A stretch of DNA of 64,000 nt from Polyangiales bacterium (GCA_964202905.1 CAXNJO010000010.1:20228-84227); one strand, 5' to 3'. Shown: positions 1 through 18,568, counted from the stretch's first letter. Made by a program: numbers and translations. Notes: generated by a model from the sequence alone, not told the origin.

Positions 1-82
1 GCGCGAGGAGCGCGCTGTCCGCCGGGCCGAAGCGGGCGTAGCGCTTGATCTCCTCAAAGAGGGTTTCGTCGTTGGTGTCCAC
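1..82 (-). CDS. 5' end of an unidentified CDS continuing past the left window edge
   Basis: The minus-strand frame opens at GTG 82-80 and reads VDTNDETLFEEIKRYARFGPADSALLA down to position 2 with no stop. It is too short for the ORF track. The N-terminus is vaguely reminiscent of protoglobin/globin-coupled sensor proteins (weak impression). The frame stays open upstream to about 172, so the start is uncertain. Confidence 0.25.
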   Translation of the reverse strand, partial: MDTNDETLFEEIKRYARFGPADSALLA

Positions 83-168
83 GCGCGCGGCGACTATAGC
101 CGTGCCCGGCGAGACGCGGCGCGCGCCGACGACGACGAGCCCCAGGGCACACGTCGAGGGAGCCGCCG

Positions 169-606
169 TCAACTCGCTTCGGCGAGCGAGAGCGCGAGCG
201 CGCGGAGCGCGTCGACCGTGGTGAACACGCTGACGACGCGCCCATCTTCCTGCACCACCGCAGAGCCGAGCGCGCGCTCGGCCATGTGCGAGGCGACCTC
301 GGAGAGCGGCGAGTCGGGCCCGACGACGTAGACCTCCCCGGTCATCGCGTCGTCCACCGTCAGCGTGCCCGGCACCACGTCGCGCAACCCGTCCACGAGC
401 GCGAGGTCGCGATCCGAGAGGACGCCGACGAGCCGCCCGCCCTCGAGGACGGGCAGGTGCCGGATGCGGTGATCGTGGAGCATCGCCTCCGCGACCGAGA
501 GCGGCTGATCGCGCCCGACGGTGTAGGGCGCGAGCGTCATCGCCTCCGCGACCGTGCGTGGGAGGTAGCGGACGCGCAGCGTGTCGTGGCCGCTCACGCG
601 GCACAC
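169..606 (-). CDS. CBS-domain pair protein
   Basis: 145-aa ORF with two CBS-like repeats (TVAEAMT..HLPVLEGGRLVGVLSDRDL and VDDAMTGEVYVV..ALGSAVVQEDGRVVSVFT). It overlaps the 3' end of the upstream sigma gene by 13 nt. Confidence 0.8.
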   Translation of the reverse strand: MCRVSGHDTLRVRYLPRTVAEAMTLAPYTVGRDQPLSVAEAMLHDHRIRHLPVLEGGRLVGVLSDRDLALVDGLRDVVPGTLTVDDAMTGEVYVVGPDSPLSEVASHMAERALGSAVVQEDGRVVSVFTTVDALRALALSLAEAS

Positions 607-1418
607 TCGTCGAGCGCGCTGCGCAGCTTCTCACATGCCTTCGACTCGATCTGCCGAACGCGCTCGCGGGAAAGGCCGAGCGCCTGGCCCACGACGCTGA
701 GCGTGTCCGAGTCCTCGCTCGTGATGCGACGCCGCACGATCTCGCGTTCACGCTCGGTGAGCGCCTCGAGCGCACGCCCGATGGCCTCCGACGAGCGCGC
801 GCGCTGCTCGGCGTCCGCGACGAGCTGCTCCGGCGACCAGCCCGCGTCGACGAGCTCCATGCCGCCCTGATCGACGTCGCCGACGACGACGTCGCGCTCG
901 CGGAGCGCGGAGTCGACCATGCCGACGTCCTCGGGGAGCACCCCGAGCGCAGCCGCGACCTCCTCGCGCGTCGCGCGGCGCCCGAGCTGTTGCGCCAGCG
1001 AGCGCTCCGTGTCGCGCAGTCGGGCGAGCAGCTTGCGCGCCGCCCGCGTCGACGGCGTCGCGACGATGCGCCGGTTGGCGAGCGTCGAGCGCCGCACGTG
1101 CGCGCGGATCCACCACGCCGCGTACGCCGAGAAGCGCACACCGCGATCGGGATCGAAGCGCTGGGCGGCCTCCGCGAGTCCGACCATCCCCTCGCCGACG
1201 AGATCCTCGAACGGGACCCCGTGCTTCACGTACCCACGCGCGATGCGCAGCACGAGGCGCAAATGCGCGACGAGCAGCTTGTCGTGCGCCTTCCGAGACC
1301 CTCCGCGCGCCGCCGCCGCCAGCCGCTGCTCCTCCTCGAGGTCGAGGATGGGGGCGCTCTGGGCGCGTGCACGGAGCGTCCCAAGCGAGCCGAGCATGTT
1401 GTCTTGTCGAGCCGTCAT
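594..1418 (-). CDS. RpoH-like (group 3) sigma-70 family sigma factor
   Basis: This is the C-terminal 274 codons of ORF 594..2048, starting at ATG 1418-1416 (MTARQDN) behind a GGGAGG Shine-Dalgarno. Region 2 reads HLRLVLRIARGY..DLVGEGMVGLAEAAQRFDP..FSAYAAWWIR. An RpoH-box-like ATPSTRAARKLLARLR and a region 4 HTH (LGLSRERVRQIESKA) follow. The upstream part of the ORF is Arg/Gly-rich and looks non-coding. Confidence 0.85.
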   Translation of the reverse strand: MTARQDNMLGSLGTLRARAQSAPILDLEEEQRLAAAARGGSRKAHDKLLVAHLRLVLRIARGYVKHGVPFEDLVGEGMVGLAEAAQRFDPDRGVRFSAYAAWWIRAHVRRSTLANRRIVATPSTRAARKLLARLRDTERSLAQQLGRRATREEVAAALGVLPEDVGMVDSALRERDVVVGDVDQGGMELVDAGWSPEQLVADAEQRARSSEAIGRALEALTEREREIVRRRITSEDSDTLSVVGQALGLSRERVRQIESKACEKLRSALDECAA

Positions 1419-1450
1419 GTTCACGATCACCTCCCGCGGCGACTGCGCTT

Positions 1451-1466
1451 TGCAGCGGGGGTGCCA
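1451..1466 (-). promoter_or_regulatory. Candidate sigma-54 (-24/-12) promoter for the sigma-factor gene
   Basis: The minus strand reads TGGCACCCCCGCTGCA. This matches TGGCAC-N5-TTGCW with exact GG/GC spacing and one mismatch. It lies about 33 nt upstream of the ATG, and an unusually AT-rich stretch (1471-1500) sits immediately upstream. Confidence 0.4.
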
Positions 1467-1642
1467 ACACCAGAAGCACTTGAAATCAATAGACATTTTG
1501 CCGAAACGGCGCCCCTCGACCGCAAGGCTTGCGCAGGTTGCACCGAGACACGCGCGCTTTGCGCCCGGGCCGCACGGGCCCCTCGACCGGCCCCACGCGC
1601 GCGACGACGCGACGTCGACGAACCGGCGGCGCCGCGGACCGC

Positions 1643-2827
1643 TCAGCCGACCACGCGCGCGACGACGACCTTCAAGTAGTCGCCCTCGGGGAACGCCGCG
1701 AGGCGCGGGTGGTCGGCCGCGCCGCCGCCGCGCGTCAACACCTGCAGCGCCGCACCGGGGCGCAGCGCGACGTCCCGGAGCGTCGCGTCGAAGTCGTCGC
1801 GGTCGACGTGGCTCGAGCACGACGCAGCCACGTACAAGCCCGCGGGCGCGAGCACCTTGAGACACGCGCGGTGCAGGCTGCGGTAGCCCTCGAGCGCGGC
1901 CGGCAGCGCGCGCTCGCTCGGCGCGAAGCTCGGCGGATCGCACACGATGAGGTCCCAGCGCTCGCCCTGCGCCGCCGCCTCCGCGAGGAACTGCGGCACG
2001 TCGCTGACGACCCCGCGGTGCGTGGCGGGGAGCCCGTTCCGCGCCCACGTCGCCTGGGCGAGCTCGATCGCGCGCGGTGCGAGATCGACGGTGGTCACGG
2101 CAGACGCCCCCCCGAGCCCGGCCGCGACGGAGAAACCGCCCGTGTAGCCGTACAAGTTGAGGACACGGAGCCCGCGGGCGATCCCGCGCACCTCGGCACG
2201 CGACTCACGGTGGTCGAGGAACAGCCCCGTCTTCTGGCCGCCGTGTAGGTCGACGAGCAGCGTCATCCCCCGCTCGCGGACCGCGACGAGGGGGGGCGGC
2301 GCCGGGCCCCGCACGACCTGCACCGTGCGCGCCCCGCGCTTGCCGGTGCGCAGCAACACCGTGCCCACCCCGCGCTCGGCGAGCGCGGGCGCGAGCGCGT
2401 CGAGGAACACCGGCCGCCAGGCGTCCGCCCCCGCGCCATCGAGCTGCACGGTCGCGTACGCGCCGTACACGTCGCAGACGAGCCCGGGGACGCGGTCGCC
2501 CTCCCCGTGCACGAGCCGGTACGCGTCCGTGTCGGCGGGCACGACCCGCGCGCGCAGCGCCGCGGCCTCACGCACCCGCGCCGCGATCAGCCGCGCGTCG
2601 ACCGGCTCGTCCCGCGTCACGAACACGCGCACGCCGATCGGCCCCGCATCGGCGATTCCGCGCACCACGAAGCGCCCGCGCGCGTCGTGCACGGTGACCA
2701 CGTCACCCGGCGCCGCGTCGAGCCCTTCGAGCGCCTCGCGGAACACCCACGGATGACCCGCCACGAGCGCACGCTCGAGCGGTTTGCGGAGCGTCGCCTG
2801 ACGCGAAGGGAGAGGGCGGGCCGTCAC
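1643..2827 (-). CDS. RlmI-like class I SAM-dependent rRNA (cytosine-C5) methyltransferase (PUA + MTase)
   Basis: This is the distal 394 codons of ORF 1643..3184, from GTG 2827-2825. Matches include the N-terminal HPWVFREAL, QKTGLFLDHRE, the SAM site VLNLYGYTGGFSV, and CDPPSF. The length fits RlmI (about 396 aa). The exact start is uncertain. Confidence 0.8.
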   Translation of the reverse strand: MTARPLPSRQATLRKPLERALVAGHPWVFREALEGLDAAPGDVVTVHDARGRFVVRGIADAGPIGVRVFVTRDEPVDARLIAARVREAAALRARVVPADTDAYRLVHGEGDRVPGLVCDVYGAYATVQLDGAGADAWRPVFLDALAPALAERGVGTVLLRTGKRGARTVQVVRGPAPPPLVAVRERGMTLLVDLHGGQKTGLFLDHRESRAEVRGIARGLRVLNLYGYTGGFSVAAGLGGASAVTTVDLAPRAIELAQATWARNGLPATHRGVVSDVPQFLAEAAAQGERWDLIVCDPPSFAPSERALPAALEGYRSLHRACLKVLAPAGLYVAASCSSHVDRDDFDATLRDVALRPGAALQVLTRGGGAADHPRLAAFPEGDYLKVVVARVVG

Positions 2828-2939
2828 GGGCGGGCACGTTAGCAGCACGAAGCGGCGCTGAGGGACGCCACCGCAGCGCGCAACGCCGCTCCGCCGCACG
2901 ACGCGCGCTTGCGCGTCGGGGGATGCTAGCCTCCGAAGC

Positions 2940-3398
2940 GTGTCGCGCCGTGTCTTCGCCCTGAGCGTCCTTGCCGCCCTCACGACCGCGCTCGGCGCAA
3001 GCGCGCAGCCGACGCCGACGTCCGAGGCCCGCATCACCGTGGAGATCCGGACGCGCGGCGACCGCGGCCTCGTCTTCTGCGCGCTTTTCGCGAACGGCGC
3101 GGGTTTCCCAACGGAATCCGCGACGCGCGCGGCCGCCCACCACCGGCTGCGCTCCGAGGGGCGCCGCGTGACGTGCTCCTTCACGGGGCATCCCCCGGGG
3201 ACCTACGCGATCTCCGCCTTTCACGACGAGAACGGCAACGGGGAGCTCGACACCGGGCTGTTCGGGATCCCGAGCGAGGGATGGGGCACCTCCCGCAACG
3301 CCCGCGGCTCGATGGGGCCGCCCAGCTGGGCCGACGCGCGTTTCCGCTACATCGGCGGCAGCGTCCGGCTCCGCGAAGCCATCACACTCCGCTACTGA
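2940..3398 (+). CDS. Secreted DUF2141-family protein
   Basis: 152 aa with a signal peptide (VFALSVLAALTTALGASAQ). The characteristic AFHDENGNGELDTGLFGIPSEGWGTSRN..GPPSWADARF block is present. Confidence 0.65.
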   Translation: MSRRVFALSVLAALTTALGASAQPTPTSEARITVEIRTRGDRGLVFCALFANGAGFPTESATRAAAHHRLRSEGRRVTCSFTGHPPGTYAISAFHDENGNGELDTGLFGIPSEGWGTSRNARGSMGPPSWADARFRYIGGSVRLREAITLRY

Positions 3399-3431
3399 CC
3401 GCGCCCCCCCGGGGGTCGGCAACCCGCGTGA

Positions 3432-4163
3432 TCACCCCGACGACCGCGCGACGCCGAGCCCGCCGTCAATCCCGAGCGTCTGGCCCGTCACCCAGCCCGC
3501 GTCCTCGCTAAGCAGCCAGGCGGCGAGCGACGCGACCTCGTCCGGGGTTCCGATGCGCCCCCGCACGTGCAGCGCGCGAGACGCCTCGAGCGAGCGCGGA
3601 TTCCCCGTAATGCGCTGCGCGAGGCCGGTGTCGACCAGCCCAGGGGCGATCGCGTTGATGCACAAGCCCTTCCCGCCGTACGTCGCAGCCGCCGACCGCA
3701 CGAGCCCCTCGATGCCGGCCTTCGCGGCCGCAATCGCCTCGTGGTTGGGCAGACCAAGTCGGGCCGCCGCCGTCGAAAACAGGACGACCGAGCCGCCAGC
3801 CCCCGCGAGGTGCCGCCCCGCCGCGCGCACGGTCGAGAAGGCCGTCGTGAGGTTGGTCCCCACGGTCGCGTCGAATTCCGCCGCGCTCGTGAGGTGCGCA
3901 GGCTTCAGCAGGATCGACCCCGCGCAGCACACCACACCGCGGAGCCCACCGTCCTCGGCGACGAGCGCCCCGACGAGCCGCTCCATCGCCTCGAAGTCGC
4001 GCGCATCGACGACGCGCCACGCAGCGCCAAGCGCCGCCGCACGCGCGACGAGCGTCTCTTCGGTTCGACCGGCGAGGACGACAGCATCCCCCCGGGACCG
4101 CAGACGCGCCGCGAGCGCACCGCCGATGCCACCAGCCCCACCGACGATCAGGTAACGCGCCAT
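3432..4163 (-). CDS. SDR-family oxidoreductase
   Basis: Start taken at ATG 4163-4161 (MARYLIVGGAGGIGGAL, the Rossmann GxxGxxG). Later matches are NAIAPGLVDT and the C-terminal GQTLGIDGG. Confidence 0.85.
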   Translation of the reverse strand: MARYLIVGGAGGIGGALAARLRSRGDAVVLAGRTEETLVARAAALGAAWRVVDARDFEAMERLVGALVAEDGGLRGVVCCAGSILLKPAHLTSAAEFDATVGTNLTTAFSTVRAAGRHLAGAGGSVVLFSTAAARLGLPNHEAIAAAKAGIEGLVRSAAATYGGKGLCINAIAPGLVDTGLAQRITGNPRSLEASRALHVRGRIGTPDEVASLAAWLLSEDAGWVTGQTLGIDGGLGVARSSG

Positions 4164-4400
4164 AGGCCGGGAGATGGGGTCGCGGTCGCGGAACGGCAAC
4201 GCGCCCCCGCTTCCCGCGCTATCGCGAGGCGCGCGCGCGCCCCCCGCAGAGCCCGCTGTGCGACCACGACGCGCCGCTCATACGCAACGCGGCGACCCGC
4301 GCCGACGCGCGCCCACAACCCTTGGGGCCGTCGGCAGCGCGCGACATCGAGTCGCCGCGAAGACATGTCGCTCGACGGACTCCCGTCGTGCTGGTCGGAC

Positions 4401-12746
<8,346 letters not shown>

Positions 12747-13066
12747 GGTAGCGGGACTCCTGACGGGTGGGCGGACACCCGTATGTGCCTAGGCAAGTAC
12801 GCCTGGCTGGGACTACCGGACAGGGGCAGGACTTCCTGCAACCCCGAGCGAACCGAAAGAGCGAGACCAGAACGGCCGGGAGCAACCCGGGCCAGAGTGA
12901 CCTTGAGCGAACGCGAACCCTGCGAAGCGAAGCGGAGCGCGAGGCGGACAAGCAGAGCGACGGGCGTCGGGCAGGCTAGAAACGCCTGTGGGTCGCGGCG
13001 CGGGAGACACGTCTCCCTCACCGCAACCCTCAGGGCGCGCAGACTACGTCGACGCTTTGCCGAAGT

Positions 13067-13447
13067 TCACTTGACGGTGACCTTCGCGCCCGCTTCTTCG
13101 AGCTTCTTCTTGAGGTCCTCGGCCTCGGCCTTGGTCACGCCCTCCTTGATGAGCTTGGGCGCGCCCTCCACGAGAGCCTTCGCCTCGGCAAGGCCGAGGC
13201 TGGTGATCTCACGGACGACCTTGATGACGTTGATCTTCTTGTCGCCGCCGCTGGTGAGCTCGACGGTGAACTCCGTCTGCTCGACGACCGCCGCAGCCGG
13301 GGCCGCGGCCACGGCCGGACCCGCCACCATCGCGGGCGCAGCCTTCACGCCCCACTTTTCCTCGAGCGCCTTCACGAGGCCCGAGACTTCGAGAACGGTC
13401 CAGCTGCTGAGCTCGTTGACGAGCTGCTCCTGCGTCATGTTCGCCAT
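13067..13447 (-). CDS. rplL: 50S ribosomal protein L7/L12
   Basis: 126 aa. It has an Ala-rich hinge and a C-terminus reading [34 protein letters not shown]. Confidence 0.95.
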   Translation of the reverse strand: MANMTQEQLVNELSSWTVLEVSGLVKALEEKWGVKAAPAMVAGPAVAAAPAAAVVEQTEFTVELTSGGDKKINVIKVVREITSLGLAEAKALVEGAPKLIKEGVTKAEAEDLKKKLEEAGAKVTVK

Positions 13448-13546
13448 GGTATTTCTCCGAGTCTTCTACCGGGCCTGTCGCCCGGATTACGCTGTGGTCA
13501 GGGGAACGTTGGAGGGATTGGGATCTTGCGTGGGGGAGGCTCGAGG

Positions 13547-14092
13547 CTATTCGCCGAGCTTCTCCTCCTGGGCCGCGAGCGCGTAGACAAGGTTCTGCGC
13601 GGGCGCCTGAAGCAACTGAAGCAGGTCGACGAGGGGCGCGTTGAGGGTCGCGAGCAGCATCGCCCGCATCTCGTCCTTGCCCGGCATGGTGGCGAGCTGC
13701 TCTTCGACGGCCTTGCCCTCGAAGACCATGCTCTCCAGCACGCCGCACTTGACGCCCAGCTTCTCCTGCTTGTCGCCGCCCTTCCGGAACGCCTTGACGA
13801 CCTTGGCGGCCGCGGTCGGGTCCTCGAACGAGAAGGCGATGCCCGTGGGTCCCCGAAGGAACGCCTCGAACTGCTTGTGGCCCTCGAGCGGCGTGCCCTT
13901 GAGGGCCTGCTTGACGAGGGTGTTCTTCGCGACGCGGTACGTGACGCCGGCCTTGCGGAAGGCGACGCGCAGCGCGGTGACCGTCTCGACGTCGATGCCC
14001 TTGAAATCGAGCACGACCATCGAAGAGGAGCGCGTGAAGTTGTCGCGGAGCAGGCCGATCTCGACCTCTTTTTCCCGACGATTCGCGTTCAT
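13547..14092 (-). CDS. rplJ: 50S ribosomal protein L10
   Basis: ORF 13547..14101. ATG 14092-14090 (MNANRREKEVEIGLL) is preferred, and GTG at 14101 is the alternative. L10-like sequence continues through ..VDLLQLLQAPAQNLVYAL. Confidence 0.9.
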   Translation of the reverse strand: MNANRREKEVEIGLLRDNFTRSSSMVVLDFKGIDVETVTALRVAFRKAGVTYRVAKNTLVKQALKGTPLEGHKQFEAFLRGPTGIAFSFEDPTAAAKVVKAFRKGGDKQEKLGVKCGVLESMVFEGKAVEEQLATMPGKDEMRAMLLATLNAPLVDLLQLLQAPAQNLVYALAAQEEKLGE

Positions 14093-14102
14093 GACGGCCA
14101 CG

Positions 14103-14807
14103 TCAGACCTCCTTCACCGTCTCGATCGACAGCGGGTCGATCTTGATTCCAGGCCCCATCGTCGAGCTCAGCGTGATGCTGCGCAGATAGGCACCCTTGG
14201 CGGTCGAGGGCTTGGCCTTGATGAGCGCCGCGATGAGCGTGACGACGTTGTCCGCAAGCTGCTCGGGGGCGAAGGACTTCTTCCCGACCGGCGCGTGGAC
14301 GATGCCTGCCTTCTCGACGCGGAACTCAATCTTGCCGGCCTTCGCCTCGCGAACCGCCTTGCCCACGTCGAACGTGACCGTGCCCACCTTGGGATTGGGC
14401 ATGAGACCACGCGGACCGAGCACGCGACCGAGCCGACCGACCTGACCCATCATGTCCGGCGTCGCGATCACGACGTCGAACTCCAGCCACCCCTCCGTCA
14501 CCTTCGCGACCATGTCGTCGGTGCCGACATGGTCGGCGCCGGCGGCGGCCGCCTCGGCGGCCTTCTCACCCTTCGCGAACACGAGCACCCGGTTTATCTT
14601 GCCGGTGCCGTGCGGCAACACGATCGCGCCACGGACCATCTGGTCCGCGTGCTTCGGGTTGACGCCGAGGCGCACCGCGACGTCGACGCTCTCGTCGAAC
14701 TTCGCGAATGCGACCCCCTTCACGAGGGCGCAGGCTTCTTGGACCGTGTGGCGCTTCTCCCGATCGACACCCTCGATCGAGCCCTTGCGCTTTCGACCTG
14801 CTTCCAT
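14103..14807 (-). CDS. rplA: 50S ribosomal protein L1
   Basis: 234 aa. Matches include [47 protein letters not shown] and [15 protein letters not shown]. Confidence 0.95.
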   Translation of the reverse strand: MEAGRKRKGSIEGVDREKRHTVQEACALVKGVAFAKFDESVDVAVRLGVNPKHADQMVRGAIVLPHGTGKINRVLVFAKGEKAAEAAAAGADHVGTDDMVAKVTEGWLEFDVVIATPDMMGQVGRLGRVLGPRGLMPNPKVGTVTFDVGKAVREAKAGKIEFRVEKAGIVHAPVGKKSFAPEQLADNVVTLIAALIKAKPSTAKGAYLRSITLSSTMGPGIKIDPLSIETVKEV

Positions 14808-15000
14808 CGTTCCTCCCTATGGACGGGTCTCGCCCCCTCGTGCCAGCACGCTGGCCCTTGGAGCCGATCGCCGCCTCCCACCTGTGCTCTCGTCGGTGGT
14901 GTGGACGGGTTCGCCCGAAGAGACCGCCTCTTCGGGCTGAGAGCCTCCAACGGGCCCACCGGAGTAGGCCCGCAGAAAACATCGCGCGAGCGCGAATGAT

Positions 15001-15441
15001 TCAGTCGACGACGTCGACGCCCATCGAGCGGGCCGTGCCAGCGATGCTGTGCATGGCGGTCTCGACGCTGGCGGCGTTCATGTCCTGAATCTTCATCTCG
15101 GCGAGCTTGCGGATCTGCGCCTGGGAGATCTTGCCGACCTTGTCCTTGTTGGGGCGCTTGCTGCCGGAACCCGGCTTCTTCCCGAGAGCGAGGCCGATCT
15201 CCTTCTTGATCAACACGGCGACCGGCGGGGTCTTCGTGATGAACGTGAAGGAGCGGTCGGAGAAGACCGTGATCACCACCGGGATGATCATGCCTTCCTG
15301 ACCCGTCGTGCGCGCGTTGAACTCCTTGCAGAAGCCCATGATGTTGACGCCGTGCTGACCGAGCGCAGGGCCGACGGGCGGCGACGGGTTCGCCTTGCCG
15401 GCGGGGAGCTGGAGCTTGATCTGACCAGTGACCTTCTTCAT
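15001..15441 (-). CDS. rplK: 50S ribosomal protein L11
   Basis: 146 aa, beginning [36 protein letters not shown]. Confidence 0.95.
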   Translation of the reverse strand: MKKVTGQIKLQLPAGKANPSPPVGPALGQHGVNIMGFCKEFNARTTGQEGMIIPVVITVFSDRSFTFITKTPPVAVLIKKEIGLALGKKPGSGSKRPNKDKVGKISQAQIRKLAEMKIQDMNAASVETAMHSIAGTARSMGVDVVD

Positions 15442-15519
15442 GGCGGGCTTCCTCGAGCTGACTGCGTTCTCTGGCGGACTGGGACTGTTCGGACGACGGG
15501 GGCGGAACCCCGCTCAAGA

Positions 15520-16053
15520 CTAAGCGGTCTTCTCGACCTGCCCGTAGTCGAGCTCGACAGGCGTGGAGCGCCCGAAGATGCTGACGAGCACGCGGACCTT
15601 CTGCTTGTCGGGCTTGACCTCTTCGATCGACCCCTGGAAATTCGCGAACGCCCCGTCGATGACCCGGACGTGGTCGCCCGCCTCGAACACGACGCGGGGC
15701 TTCGGCTTGGCGGCGCCCTCGGCAACCTGCTGGGCGATAGCGTGAATCTCAGGCTCCGGAACGGGCGTGGGATGGCGGCCTCCCACGAAGCCGCTGACCT
15801 TGGACGTGTCCTTGATCAGATGCCAGGTGCGCTCGTTGAGGTCCATCTCCACGAAGATGTAGCCCGGGTAGAAATTGCGGGTGGTCACGCGCTTCCCGCC
15901 ACCGGCCTTGGTCTCCTGGACGTTCTCCTTGGGGATCAGGATCTGCCCGAAGAACTCCTCCATGCCGTTCTGCTTGATGCGCTCCTCGAGCGAGAGCTTT
16001 ACCTTGTTTTCATAGCCCGAGTAGGCCTGGATCACGTACCACTTCTTGGACAT
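15520..16053 (-). CDS. nusG: Transcription termination/antitermination factor NusG
   Basis: 177 aa. It begins MSKKWYVIQAYSGYENKV and carries a C-terminal KOW motif (GDHVRVIDGAFANFQGSIEEV). Confidence 0.95.
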   Translation of the reverse strand: MSKKWYVIQAYSGYENKVKLSLEERIKQNGMEEFFGQILIPKENVQETKAGGGKRVTTRNFYPGYIFVEMDLNERTWHLIKDTSKVSGFVGGRHPTPVPEPEIHAIAQQVAEGAAKPKPRVVFEAGDHVRVIDGAFANFQGSIEEVKPDKQKVRVLVSIFGRSTPVELDYGQVEKTA

Positions 16054-16088
16054 GGAGTCGGTCCTTCCCTCTGCAGGGGACTAGCGCG

Positions 16089-16643
16089 TCACGCCGTGTA
16101 GAGGAGGTCGGTGAGAGCAGACCAGAGGGCGTCGAACACACCGAAATAAAACGCCGCCACGACTGAGGTGACGATGACCACGATGGTGGAGACCTGCGTC
16201 TCCTCGCGCGATGGCCAAGTGACCTTCGACAACTCGACCGCGATCTCACGGGTGAGTTGGTTGAAGCGCTCGTGACGGTAGAGGACGATCGTCGCGACGA
16301 CCGCGCCGACCGCGCCGACCGCTGTGGCGATGAAAACGTTCGGCTCGGCGAAGAGATTCCACGCCAGCACCACCGACTGCTGGAGGACCCAGAAGAGGAC
16401 GAGCGCGAGCGCCGCATACGCGCCTTGAATGTAGCGCTCGAGGCCGAGCGAGCGGGTTCCAAGGGCCGCAGCCGCAGGCTCGTCGTCGTCAGACGACTCG
16501 GCGCGGCTCTCAGTCCCCTCGTCAGCGGCAGCGCCGACCGGCGTCGACGTACCGCCGCCCGCCGTGCTCTCGTCCGCCGACTCGCCGTGCTCGTCCTCGC
16601 GCTCGTCCGTCGTCATCGATTGCTCTCCGAGATGCGTCGTCAT
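16089..16643 (-). CDS. secE: Preprotein translocase subunit SecE, with an acidic N-terminal extension
   Basis: ORF 16089..16718 was trimmed to ATG 16643-16641 because its 5' end runs into tRNA-Trp. The alternative ATG is at 16616. The C-terminus reads ELSKVTWPSREETQVSTIVVIVTSVVAAFYFGVFD. Confidence 0.85.
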   Translation of the reverse strand: MTTHLGEQSMTTDEREDEHGESADESTAGGGTSTPVGAAADEGTESRAESSDDDEPAAAALGTRSLGLERYIQGAYAALALVLFWVLQQSVVLAWNLFAEPNVFIATAVGAVGAVVATIVLYRHERFNQLTREIAVELSKVTWPSREETQVSTIVVIVTSVVAAFYFGVFDALWSALTDLLYTA

Positions 16644-16660
16644 GTCGGCCAGTCCGGGGG

Positions 16661-16733
16661 CAGGCCAGGAGGGATTCGAACCCACAACCCGCGGATTTGG
16701 AATCCGCTGCTCTACCATTGGAGCTACTGGCCT
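16661..16733 (-). tRNA. tRNA-Trp (anticodon CCA)
   Basis: The minus strand reads AGGCCAGTAGCTCCAATGGTAGAGCAGCGGATTCCAAATCCGCGGGTTGTGGGTTCGAATCCCTCCTGGCCTG and folds as a cloverleaf. It sits in the canonical position between rpmG and secE. Confidence 0.9.
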
Positions 16734-16852
16734 TCAGGGCTTGGAAGCCCGGTGTTCCGGCCGTCCGGCTGGAACACCTCGAACCTTGTCGCGTTCTTCG
16801 GTCGCCGCTTCCCGCCCCGTGGTCTCACGTGGCCGACAGCGATCGGCGCGCC

Positions 16853-17014
16853 CTACTTCGTCTCGCGGTGCTCGGTGTGCTTGGCGCAGGCTGCGCAGTG
16901 CTTCTTGAGCGTGAGCCGCTCGGCCTGCTCCCCAGGTCGCCGGGCCTTGGTCTTCCGATAGTTTCTGGCACCGCACTCACTGCAGGCGAGTGCGATGCCG
17001 ATCCGGTCGCTCAC
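16853..17014 (-). CDS. rpmG: 50S ribosomal protein L33
   Basis: Hand-translated 53-aa ORF, below the track cutoff: VSDRIGIALACSECGARNYRKTKARRPGEQAERLTLKKHCAACAKHTEHRETK. It uses a GTG start and has two CxxC pairs. Confidence 0.9.
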   Translation of the reverse strand: MSDRIGIALACSECGARNYRKTKARRPGEQAERLTLKKHCAACAKHTEHRETK

Positions 17015-17045
17015 GAGTCAAATCCCGGCGAGGCGTGACGCGGTG

Positions 17046-18236
<1,191 letters not shown>

Positions 18237-18250
18237 CGCGGCTCTCCTGT

Positions 18251-18286
18251 TGTCTGACGACCTGCAGATGTCTGACGACCTACAGA
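18251..18286. repeat. Tandem 18-nt direct repeat in the tRNA-Thr/tuf spacer
   Basis: tgtctgacgacctgcaga is followed immediately by tgtctgacgacctacaga (one mismatch). The pair ends about 15 nt upstream of the tuf start on the minus strand. Confidence 0.85.
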
Positions 18287-18345
18287 CCCGATGTAACGCC
18301 TGATCCTGCCTGCCTGAACGTGCCTGATGAACGGGTTGGATGACG

Positions 18346-18420
18346 TGGAGCCCAGGAAGAGGATTGAACTCTCGACCTCCCCCTTACCAAGGGGGTGCTC
18401 TGCCACTGAGCTACCTGGGC
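18346..18420 (-). tRNA. tRNA-Thr (anticodon GGT), with CCA encoded
   Basis: The minus strand reads GCCCAGGTAGCTCAGTGGCAGAGCACCCCCTTGGTAAGGGGGAGGTCGAGAGTTCAATCCTCTTCCTGGGCTCCA. Confidence 0.9.
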
Positions 18421-18495
18421 GGGCGCGCTGCGGCTGCAGGTGGCCTGCAGCGGGGTTTTGTCGTGGGTGCTGGATTCGGTGCCGGGTTGCAGGGG

Positions 18496-18568
18496 AGCGG
18501 GAGACCGGATTCGAACCGGCGACGTTCAGCTTGGAAGGCTGACGCTCTACCAACTGAGCTACTCCCGC
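18496..18568 (-). tRNA. tRNA-Gly (anticodon TCC)
   Basis: The minus strand reads GCGGGAGTAGCTCAGTTGGTAGAGCGTCAGCCTTCCAAGCTGAACGTCGCCGGTTCGAATCCGGTCTCCCGCT. Confidence 0.9.

Noticed and set aside
12747-13066. The 320-nt rplL-rpoB spacer with a small palindrome (GGGAGACACGTCTCCC, 13001-13016) as a novel RNA element
   Set aside because: A long rplL-rpoB spacer with a partial attenuator is the normal arrangement of this operon. The hairpin is short, lacks a U-tract, and I cannot show conservation from one sequence.
16644-16718. N-terminal 25 codons of ORF 16089..16718 (MVEQRIPNPRVVGSNPS..) as part of secE
   Set aside because: This stretch is the reverse-strand read-through of the tRNA-Trp gene. 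VGSNP is the usual translation of a T-arm. secE was trimmed to the first ATG downstream of the tRNA.
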